Shown here: positions 53,685-64,000 of the stretch, one piece after another | How positions within the stretch are numbered: the stretch's first letter is position 1 | How the letters are laid out: every line of letters begins with the position of its first letter | NCBI GenBank assembly: GCA_030704615.1 | Contig: CM060734.1 | Span: forward strand, 63,798,001 to 63,862,000 | Length of the DNA stretch: 64,000 nt | Direction: 5' to 3' | From: Takakia lepidozioides | Taxonomy: Eukaryota > Plantae > Bryophyta | Made by a program: the position numbers and the translations under genes | Notes under the pieces: model-generated | Told to the model about the DNA's origin: nothing | Database searches by the model: none | The model's input: the letters and a program-made list of their open reading frames with translations, nothing else

Positions 53685-56600
53685 TTGGGACAGAGGAATA
53701 GACATTGGGGAATCATCTGGACTCTCACACCATTGAGATCAGGGAGTACAACACCCATACCGGAAGAGCTAGAGTTGGATACTACACCTTCTTTTTCGTT
53801 GCAAGAAAGATTAAGGGATTTGGTAGAGGAAGAAGATCCAACACGAGGTGGAAGATCGGAGGTACATCCCTGGGTAAAAGACTTGACAGAAATCTTTGAT
53901 AAGAAATGGCATGGAACACCAAGAGCAGGAACTCCAGTTTCTGAAACTGAAGATGAGGTGGAAGAGCCAACGGAGAGTTCAAACTCTCCAACACTATTAC
54001 AAAACAGTTACATGAGTGAAGAAGAAGAAGCCCAAGGGCAGAACTTGGAAGATGAAAACAGAGAGAGGAAATTGCAAGATGAGGGATATGAAGAAGTAGA
54101 CCCAGCAGCTGAGGTTGAGACTACAACCAGGACATCCCAACCCGTTGGACCTGGATCAAGTGGAGCACTTGGATCACAGGCCAATGAAGGTGTCGGCTCA
54201 GAGGGATCAGGCGGAAGACCTGGATCTGGCTCTGGGGGGACAGGGAGTGTGGAAAGTAGTGCAACTGAGGCTGGGAATACTGTGAGTATAGTAAGGCCAG
54301 GAGCAGGAAGTGCTCAAGGGCCAGTACTTGGTGGAAGAACCACCACAACTACTACAGGTCCTCAAGGACCAGCATCAGCCAAGGGGCCAACAACTGTCAG
54401 GGGGCAGGGTGTAGGGTCACAGATGGCGTTACAACCAACACGGGCAAAACCACATTTTCCAATATATTCAGGAAAAGGGGATCCTGATGTGCACATTAGC
54501 CAATTTGAGCACATGTGCATAGTGAACAATGAGAATGGCGATGATGCCAAGATGAGATTGTTTCCATGTTCACTCATAAAGAAAGCCAGTGAATGGTATA
54601 CAAGATTCCCTGATAATCATTTCCTAACCTGGAATGGCTTGAGTACAGCGTTCCGAAATAGGTTCAGGACTAGTAAAACTGAGGATGAAGTGTATGGAAG
54701 TTTACAACAGTTTGAAGCAGAAGAAGCATGAAACTGTTGAAGAGTATATGGAGAAAATGGAATTGATGATGAAAAAGTTGGTTGCTATACCAGCACCAGG
54801 ATTGCAGAAGGCTTGGTTTGTGAATGGACTAAGACCAGAGTTGCAAAAGAAAGTTGACATGTTACCCCACAATACAGTGGAGGAGGCATTTGAAACAGCA
54901 AACAGAATTGAGCAATTGGGAATGCTCAGGAAGGAGAAAAGGGATGAAGAGGACTCTGAGGATGAGTCAGATGAGGAAGAAGAGCTAGAGCAAAAGAAGA
55001 AGAGTAAAAGGAAGGAAAAGATGAAGAGGGAAAATTATGAGAAAAGATTAGAATAAATCTTGAAAAAATATGCCACAGAGGCTGCAACACATTGGAGGAA
55101 GGGTGTCTGGTGTGCAAAATGCCAGAATGAAGGCCACACCACCACTGAATGCCATATGAAGGAAAAACACTGTACTATCTGTAAAATGGATAACGATTCT
55201 ACTGAGAATTGTTACTACAACAGAAGGACAGCAGCAAGAGAACCTAGGCAAGTAAGGATGCATCAAGTGCAACCCCAGCCAGGAAGAAACAATGATCAGG
55301 ACCACTATGGTAGGCTTGATGGTTATAACAATGGCATGGGAAGAGGTAATCCAAGAGGGAATTACCAAGGGAATTTCAGAGGCAACTATCAGGGTAATTC
55401 AAGAGGAAATTACCAGCCAAGAAATCAGGATTACAGAAATAATCCTAGAACAGACCAAGGGCGAGGACCCAATGGAGAAGAACTGTGTTACTATTGTAAT
55501 CAGGCAGGACATCGCAAGGCGGCTTGTCCATTCTGGATCAGACACCAGAATGAGATGAGAGCTCATGTGAATGAAGGGCCAGTAGTGGCAGCCCACATGG
55601 TTAGGCCATGTGTTGTACCGGAAGTCAGTACAATGATAGTAACCAGAAGCAAAGCCAAATTAATACCTCCAGTGGAAGAGGAAGTGGATGATAATGAAGA
55701 TGGCAGTGATGTGCCTGAAGATGATGAGGCTTGGAGAGATGAGAAAGAACTACATAAAGAAGTGGCAGATACCATAAGAGAAATGCAGAAGAGTACTGAT
55801 ATTCCCATAGCAGATTCCTCAGACTCTGAAAGAGAAGAAGAAGTCAGTGAGGAAGAAGGAAAGAAGGAAGCTGCAAAAGTACAGAGTATGGAGGGGACTT
55901 TGGCTGAAGTGATATGCCAGTCCAAGGTGGAAATTACCATTGGACAGCTATTGGCTGTGGCACCTTATTGTAGACACATGCTGTATCAAGCAATCAACAG
56001 GATTGCCCATTTGACAGAGAACACAGACCTGAACAGCAAGGTAACCAGTTATAATATGAAGCCAGAAGGGCGAGGATTTTGATGATTCTATGCCAGTAAT
56101 CCAATTGAGAATTGGAAGCACAGAACTAACTGATGTACTGATAGATGGAGGCTCTGCAGTGAATATCATGACAGATCAGTTGAGGCAGAAGCTTGGTCTA
56201 AATAACATGAAATCAGCCCCATTTACAGTAACAATGGCAGATCAAAGGAGTGTTCAGCCATTGGGATTGATAAGAGGAGTTAAAATACAGATTCAAAAGA
56301 TGATCTTTATGATCACAGTAACTGTGTTGAAAATGGATGAGGTCATGGAAGCTTATTCCTTATTGTTGGGTCGACCATGGCTGAAACAGGCCAGGGTATC
56401 TCATGACTGGAATTCACAGTTACTAACTGTGCAGGATAGGTTGCACAAGATACAAATCACCACGAAGAAATCTGAAAGATTATCTGTTACAAGAAGACCA
56501 AGAGGGGTCAGAGAGTATGATTGGAAAGAAGGACTGGATGAGGAGCAGGAAGCTACCTTGTTCGCTGCACACCCAGAGTGGGAACAGGTTGCAGAGATGC

Positions 56601-59600
56601 AATTAGAAGGTCTCAGTTGTCTAAAGAGCATCTGTTGTGGTGTAGTGTCAGCAACACCAATTGAGGAAGAAACAAGCAGTTACCCACCACATTTCTATCA
56701 AGAAAGAGAAGGGGAAATGGAAATCGTAGAAGAACCAGCCACTGTAAGTCTACACGATGAAATAGTAACTGGTTGGACAATCACAGCTGACGAGCAGGTG
56801 AGGGAAGTGAATGTGGGAACTGAGGAGAAACCAAGGATGGTGGAGGTAGGAGCGGATTTGGAGCCAGAATTCTTTGAAGCTAAAAGTCTGTTTATCAAAT
56901 ACAGAGATGTATTTGCTTGGAACTACGAGGATCTGAAAGGGATACCACCTGAGATCTGTCAACATAAGATTGAACTAGAACCAGGATCAATACCAATTAA
57001 ACATGCAAGATACAGAATGAATCCCAACTATGCAGAGAAGGTTGGAGAGGAGATCAAAAAATTGGCTGAAGCTAAATTTATATACCCGATAGAGTATACA
57101 ACTTGGTTGTCACCCATTGTGATAGTTCCCAAGAAGAATGGCAAACTAAGAGTTTGTGTGAACTACAAAAAACTGAATGCTTGTACGAGGAAGGATCCTT
57201 TTCCCTTACCATTTACAGAAGCAGTATTGGACACTGTGGCAGGCCATGAGATGTACTCATTCATGGATGGCTTCAGTGGTTATAATCAAGTGCAAGTGGA
57301 AGAAGAAGACCAACATCACAGACTGGGGTGCTTATGCATACAAAGTCATGCCTTTTGGACTTTGTAATGCACCAGCAACTTTTCAGAGAGTGATGAGTGA
57401 ATCTTTTCAGGAGTATCTGGATGATTTCATGCAGGTATTCTTGGATGATTTCAGTGTGTATAGCTCTAAGAGTGAGCACTTGCATAAATTGGAGTTATGC
57501 TTGGCCAGATGCAGGATGAGAGGTCTGGGCCTGAATCCAGAGAAGTGTACTTTCTGTGTAAACTCGGGGGTGCTTTTGGGACACATTGTGTGTAAGAAGG
57601 GACTTCTTGTGGATCCCAGAAAGACAGAGGCCATTAAAGCCTCTCCACCTCCATTAAATGTTAAGAGTCTAAGGAGATTCCTGGGACAAACCAGCTATTA
57701 CAGAAGATTTGTCAGACGGTATACACAGATAGCAGCACCATTGAGCAAGCTTCTGAAGAAAGATGCAGTGTTTGCATGGACAGCTGAATGTCAACAAGCT
57801 TTTAAGGAACTGACATTGTCAGTGACAACTACACTTGTATTGATTAATCCTCACTGACAGGAAATGTTCCATGTTCACTATGATGCTTCAGGAGAAGCAT
57901 TGGGAGCAGTGCTAGCCCAAAATGTTACAGGAAGGATAGATTCACCTGTGTACTATGCTAGCCGATTAATGAACAATGCTGAAAGAAATTATAGCACAAC
58001 AGAAAGAAAAGCATTGGCAATGATCTATGCAGTAAAGAAATTCAGGCATTACCTGTTGGGAAAGAAGTTTATGTTTTATGTGGATCACCAGGCTCTGATA
58101 TACCTGGTGAACAAACCTCTGATAAGCGGAAGAATAGCAAGATGGTTGATAATCTTGCACGAGTTTGAGTTTGAGGTTGTTTACAAGCCTGGGAGGCTGC
58201 ATCTTGTAGCGGACCACTTGTCACGGTTATCAACAGGAGAACCAGCCACGGGAGTAGATGATCAATTACCAGATGCGAGTTTATTTGCAGTGGAGGTGCA
58301 GGGAAGTGCAGAAGACTGGTTAGATTGGCAGTGGCCAATCAGATACTATCTTGCTCATGGTCAATGTCCACCAAGTTATGGAAAGGAGCAGAGAAAGAGA
58401 ATTGCTATCAAGGCTCTACCTTACACTATGGTAGGGAGCAGAATGTATAAGCTAGGACCAGATGGAGTGCTGAAGCGATGCTTATACCACCATGAAGTTA
58501 ATAAAGTTTTAGAGGAAGTTCATAAAGGAGTGGCAGGAGGCCATTTTGGAGAAGAGACTACTAGTAGGAAGATACTACTCGCCGGTTACTGGTAGCCTAC
58601 TTTGTTCAAGGATGTGCACGAGTATTGTAAAACTTGTGATGAGTGTCAGAGGCTAGGACCATTACAGAGATCTGGAAAGATGGCTTTGCATCCTACAATG
58701 CCTACTGAACCATTTCAGAAATGGGGATTGGACTTTGTTGGACCAATAAACCCACCAGCCAAAAATACACAGAACAAGCATATAATCACAGCAACTGATT
58801 ATACTACAAAGTGGGTGGAAGCTAAAGCTCTGAGAGACAACACAGCTAAGTCCACAGCCAGGTTCTTGTATGAGAACATACTTACACGATTTGGCTGTCC
58901 CCTGGAATTTATCAGTGACCAAGGAAGTCACTTCATAAATGAGACCATAGAACTTCTCACTAGGGAGTTCATGATTGTGCATAGGAAGAGTACGACCTAT
59001 TACCCACAAGGTAATGGACAGGTAGAGGCTACCAACAAAATATTATGTACTATCTTGGCTTAGATAGTCAATGCAAACAGAACAGACTGGGATACCAAGC
59101 TACTGACAGCTTTGTGGTCATACAGGACTCCATATAAAGTCACCACTAAATATACACCATTCCAATTAGTTTATGGTATGGAAGCCTTACTTCCAGTGGA
59201 GTTTTTGTTACCTACCATGAGAACTGAATGTGGAAGAAGAATGGAATTGGAAGATTCGATTAAGGTCAGGAAACAAAAATTATACCATGTGGAAGAAGTA
59301 TGTGCGGATGCAACTGACAACATGGCCATACAGATGAGAAGGAATGATCAGTTTGATGAAGGGAAGTTAAAGACTTTTAAAACAGGAGATTTGGTTTTGT
59401 GGTTGCAAAAGAAGGGAAAGATTAAAGCTTCTAAGCTTAAATCACCATGGAAGGGACCTTATGTCATACAAAGGATGTATGATAACAATACATGTTACAA
59501 ACCATCAACAAAGAGATGTTGGGAAAAGTCAATGCCAACAAGTTGAAAGGATACAGTGGTATCCATGACAAACCGTTGAGACACGATTTGCATATAGAAT

Positions 59601-59615
59601 TACAGGAACAGTCAT
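53685..59615 (+). pseudogene. gag-pol, multiply disrupted
   Basis: Gag YSGKGDPDVHISQF...LFPCSL; zinc knuckles CAKC..GH...EC and CYYC..GH...C; protease LIDGGSAVN; RT DGFSGYNQ, FLDDF; RNase H DASG; integrase GGHF..., WGLDFVGP, SDQGSHF, GNGQVEA. Several stops and frameshifts. Confidence 0.92.
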
Positions 59616-59695
59616 AAGTTGTTCCAATAATACCAACGGAGCATGGAATACTTGTCGTTAAACCAGTTGTGAGCGAAAACACAGGTGTTTGAATA

Positions 59696-59960
59696 GCTGT
59701 CACAGCCCAACACAGGGTAACACAACCTATCGCAGCCTAACACAAGGTAACACAGCCTGTCACAGCCCAACACAGGGTTACACAGCCTATCACAGCCCAA
59801 CACAGGGTAACACAGCCTATCACAGCCTAACACAGGGTAACACAACCCGTCACAGCCCAACACAGGGTAACACAGCCTATCACAGCCCAGCATAGGGTCA
59901 CACAGTCGCGCACAGCCTGTCACAGTGCAACACAGCCTGTCACAGTCTAACACAGCCTAC
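59696..59960 (+). repeat. 30-bp tandem repeat made of 10-bp CACA-initiated subunits
   Basis: (cacagcccaa cacagggtaa cacagcctat) x ~7, lying between pol and the 3' ORF. Confidence 0.9.
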
Positions 59961-60669
59961 CAGAATTACACAGTCCATAAGATCAGTGACAGGTGGACGC
60001 AGGATAATGTCAGGGAAATGGCCGGTGCAAGAAAGGACGGAAGCCAGTTTAGAAATAGACACGTGGAAGTCAGGCCGCGACACACAGCTGAGAAGGAAGT
60101 GCAAGAACAGGTGTCATCAAGAAAGAGGACAAGAAGGGCCGTCAAAGTACCTACCTAGCACGTCAATTCAGATGAATGGCGGGGCCATTAATGAATACGG
60201 AAAAAGGTCAACGGAACAAACGCCAAGTAAAGAAAAGCGCATTCCTTGTCACGTGTGTTATCCTAGTGGACAGTCCAGCATGGAAAGTCCACTAAAGGAA
60301 ATTAAATCTGAAATCCAGTCACAGCGGTTACATCCAATCATAAACAGGAGGCAGGATCAAGAAATCGAAAGGGTTTTGAGCGCAAGAGTCGGCGTCGTTC
60401 CAAGTAACGGGCGTCTCGATGGGACAGACCATCAATGCTATAGCTTTGAAGCTATGAAAGAACTAACAGATTATACGCTCGCGATACTACTTACGCAGTG
60501 GCACGGGGACAGAAGAACAGAGAGTATCTTTTCTCTTGATCGATGCTTGCAAGCCCCGCTGGCTTACAAGAAATTACCCATAGCATTTTGTGGCAACCAT
60601 ACGTTTGTGCTTTGTGCCCTGCAAGCATTACTTCAGTTGTTACAGCCACAACCTTTCTGTTTCTCTAGA

Positions 60670-63600
60670 ATGAAGAGAGTAAGAGGGATGGAGGACATCA
60701 GGGTGAAAAGCACCACAATCCTGCAGAAACAAACGATTACTACTCCACAGGCGGTGAAGTTACTGAAGGACCTGCGATTAGAAGGATTGCAAAGCAAAGA
60801 TTGGACATTGCACCATCGACAGTACATGTTACAATTCTTGGAGAACTTTGAGCCTAAGACAGGAGCAACAACGGTGAAGGGAGTTGAATTAGAAGTTACT
60901 CCCCTATACCTACAACAATTGTTTGAATTGCCATCAGGTCAGGTGCATGTGGATGAGCACAGGGCAAGATTGCAGATTAGGGATTTATTTGAAGAAGGGA
61001 GTTTCTTTAAAACTCAGGGTTATGCTTCTACCAAGGCCGTGTACCCAGGGCTAAGGGAGGTAGGCCAGATACTGAACGTTATGTTTGCCATGAAACAGAA
61101 CCAACAGTATTTGAGCAGATCCTTCATAGAGGAAATACTCAAGGCCCTGAGAGGAGAAGAGGTAGCATGGGCGGACATAATGTACAACGGACTGGTAGAG
61201 GAGATGAAAAGATTGCAAGGCACTGCCGCAAAGTCTCCTATCATAGTGTCTGGACCCATCATTGCACAAATTATTCTAGACTCGTGCATACTAGATGCGA
61301 GAGAAAGGAAGGAGATGGGAGTGTTTGAGACAGCAACCACTGCCATAGAAGAGCAAGGTTCTTCACAGGGTGAAGGGGGATTGACAGAGCGAAGGACTGT
61401 CACATTGGAAGCAGAACCATTGGCTACGAGACAGCCGGAAGAAGAAGTTACTCATACTTTTGTGCAAGAAGGGGCACAACAGCACGGAGGGATGTGGGTG
61501 CAGACAACACAACCCGTGGAGAGAGAACAGGAAGTTACTTCAGTAGCACAGCCATCACAGCCAGATGTTCGGCTTGTCTCAATGTTACCTAGAGTTGTCC
61601 ATGCAGTTCCACCAGAAATTATTGATTTGGAGAAAGAAGGGTTAGATATACCCACTACAGAACAAGTGGTGGCAGACATTGAGAAGGGGGACCTTCTCTA
61701 TGAAAACTCTAGCTTGGGCAGGGAAACAGGGGTACAGGAAGTGCAAAGTCTGTACAGGGAAAGCCCTAATGTGCATGTATTACCCACACCTGTGGAGGAG
61801 GTTCCAGAGGTAGAACAACATGACACAGCAGCACCTGTGGAGAAGAAGGGGGTTGAGAGAGAGGATCTAGTAGAGTAGTGGCCTGAGTGGTTTGTGAGAA
61901 GTAGTACATCAAAGGATGACAGTGCAATGTGCCACCCTCACAAATGTTCTGGAGCAAGCCACAACAGAAGCCAACAAGCAGAGGGAGAGATGTGTAATGG
62001 CAGAAACTGAGGTAGTGAAGCAAGCCCAACTTATTGTGGACCTCAAAGATACAATATGTCACAACGAAAGTGCTTTGTAGCAGTACAAACAGGTTGAGGC
62101 TAACCAGGAGAAGTACATTGTAGAGTTGCAACAGACACTTATGGCAACTAGGAATCAACTCTCCGTGGCTAGCAAGGCAGCACGGGAAGCCAATAATCTG
62201 GCTGCTGCTTATACCAGCTTAGTTGAACCTCATGAGAAACGCATGCAGGGATTGCAACAGCAGTTAGATGCCTACAGATTCAAGGAGGAGCAGAATCTCA
62301 GAGGTGCTACACAGGACAGGGTGGATGACCAACTTTTGAAAGTCTGGTTAGCACAAGGGCCAGTGGAAGGGAAAGCACCAAGAAAGCTCAACCAGGAGGA
62401 GATGAATGACCTCAGGCTACAAGTGCAGAACATTGCCACCACTACTATAGACAATGTCTATAGTAGGATAGCAGAGCTACAGGAAGATGTGGATACACTG
62501 CAGACTCAAGTGGAGGACTTGAGTTCAAACATTGACAAGAGGCTCATGATTCCTGAAGAACACCTCATGGATGCTTACTTGAAGGCTAGAGCTCTTATTT
62601 TCCAATCTTCTTGCAAAGAGGTGCAGGAGGCACCAATGGTGGAAGGGCCAGTGGCACCAATACCACAGGAAGTGGTTGTGCAAATGACTGAACCTGTTAC
62701 TACAACACAGCCGACACAGAATGAGGTATGGGGAGATGCTGCTTTCAACCCACCAAGAACTCATGCTGCACGTGAATACAATCGAGCTATGATCATGCCA
62801 TTCAACGAAATTCTTAGTGTCTTGGATTTGGCCTGGAAGGAATTCAGTCCTCCACAGTCATTCACACACTATTATCAGATTATGCGCATTTGGTTGTTAG
62901 TGGCAACTCGGACTAAGGTTCTTGAAATGAATCAACTCATTGAAGATCATCATTTTGCGAGATACTGGTCTGAGGCAGGCACCATGTTGAAGGAATTAAT
63001 TGCCTTCCAAGTGGTTCACGGGCACATCCACACCAAGACCGAGGAGGTAGCCAGTTTAGTCATGGGCTGTGGAGTATACTACACTGCTTGTTTCATTGCA
63101 CGTTACCACATTGAGCAGCAGAAGATGCAATCCAGATTTCTGACTTATTCCAGTGGAAATCATTGGACCTTACCTGTGGTGCCACATCATACGTATTTAT
63201 ATGATGTAAAAACCATGTTGCAGAATGATTCACAACTCTGTTCATGGTTTAACTTGGCTTGGAACATCTTGGCCAAAGAAAAATTCGGCTTTGATGATAT
63301 TTTTGCTAAGGGAAAAGCAGCTTGGAGGTATTTACACACTTCCCAAGTAATCGGAACACCTCTCATCTATATGGACCAGGAGTTGAGGGTGTTCACTAAC
63401 ATGGCTTGTGACCGCTTACGACAGGTCATGAATGGTAAACTTCCAGACATGGTGGGCCAACACTGCATGCCAATCATCGTTCCTCAGAAACCAAAGAAGA
63501 TCAGAAAACCAAAAAACCGCAGGACTGACGAAGATTCAGACACTACAAGGGAATCTTCAGAGAAATCTTTTGACATATGGGAAGAGTATGAAAACGCACA

Positions 63601-63802
63601 GATGGACAAAAGACGACGGGGATCTCCTCTGTCTGAGCCATTACAGCCTGTTCAATCAAAGGGCAAGAAATCAATTTCAAGTCAAGCTCAAGCATCTCCA
63701 TCAAGCAGTCACAGAACTCGGGCACGCACACAGAGCCCTCCAAAGAACTCTCACCAACAGACAGGACCAAGTTCACAAAGGTTTGCTGATCCTAAAAAGT
63801 AA
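60670..63802 (+). pseudogene. Extra 3' ORF of the Ty3 element (~1040 aa originally)
   Basis: ATG 60670 directly after the polypyrimidine-AG tttctgtttctctAG. ORFs to 61878 and from 62126 join through a TAG, one frameshift (~61900) and a second TAG (~62078). N-terminal LQFLENF...VKGVELEVT...LFELP domain, central coiled coil, basic C-terminus. Confidence 0.7.
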
Positions 63803-63841
63803 ACCGTGAGGACACGACTTTCTGAGAGAGGGAAGGGGTAA

Positions 63842-64000
63842 TGTTAGAGGGCTGTCTGGGACTTAGTCACATTTACAGGGGATCTGTGGAATACCAGGGG
63901 ATCTGTGGGACTTAGACACATTTACAGGGGATCTGTGGGGTACCCTTAAATTTTGCAGTCACAGCCAGTCACAGCCACACAGCCATACCCAGCCCGACAC
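63842..64000 (+). repeat. 3' LTR (partial)
   Basis: Matches 52081-52238; preceded by PPT GAGAGAGGGAAGGGG. Confidence 0.92.

Larger units (their letters stand above)
52081..64000 (+). mobile_element. Non-chromovirus Ty3/gypsy LTR retrotransposon (Athila/Phygy-like) with extra ORFs; 3' LTR runs off the window
   Basis: 5' LTR 52081-52996, PBS, gag-pol, 3' ORF, PPT 63824-63838, 3' LTR from 63842 (4 differences over 159 bp). No chromodomain and no second (archaeal-type) RNase H seen. Confidence 0.92.

Noticed and set aside
59986-60669. N-terminal 228 aa of the 630-aa ORF
   Set aside because: Non-ATG start and upstream of the splice acceptor/ATG at 60670; probably untranslated.

Overview
This is eukaryotic plant nuclear DNA, probably from a non-seed land plant (inferred from the piggyBac, Crinkler-type and PLS-PPR content; the species cannot be determined). 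About 70% of the window is nested transposable elements. Host-type genes: an apparently intact 5-exon Crinkler/RHS-type NTPase + PD-(D/E)xK nuclease gene (-, 2242-5658), an intronless SCL4/7-like GRAS transcription factor (+, 20774-22771), and a multi-exon MCM3 copy that is a pseudogene (frameshifts plus an internal deletion; -, 24441-30541). TEs: a tRNA-derived SINE; a 5'-truncated hAT joined head-to-head to a 5'-truncated piggyBac; a young full-length Ty3 chromovirus (GTGGG TSD) inside the piggyBac, which itself sits in an L1 fragment; a Harbinger/Tourist-like MITE; a small and a 13.4-kb CACTA element; LINE and PPR fragments; and a non-chromovirus Ty3 element with extra 5' and 3' ORFs and 10-bp-periodic repeats that runs off the window end. 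Most notable: the large CACTA encodes a spliced TnpA-like protein with an FCP1/NIF-like HAD phosphatase domain embedded in it, and the Crinkler-type nuclease gene is intact among decayed TEs. All domain calls come from motif recognition by eye; no database search was run.
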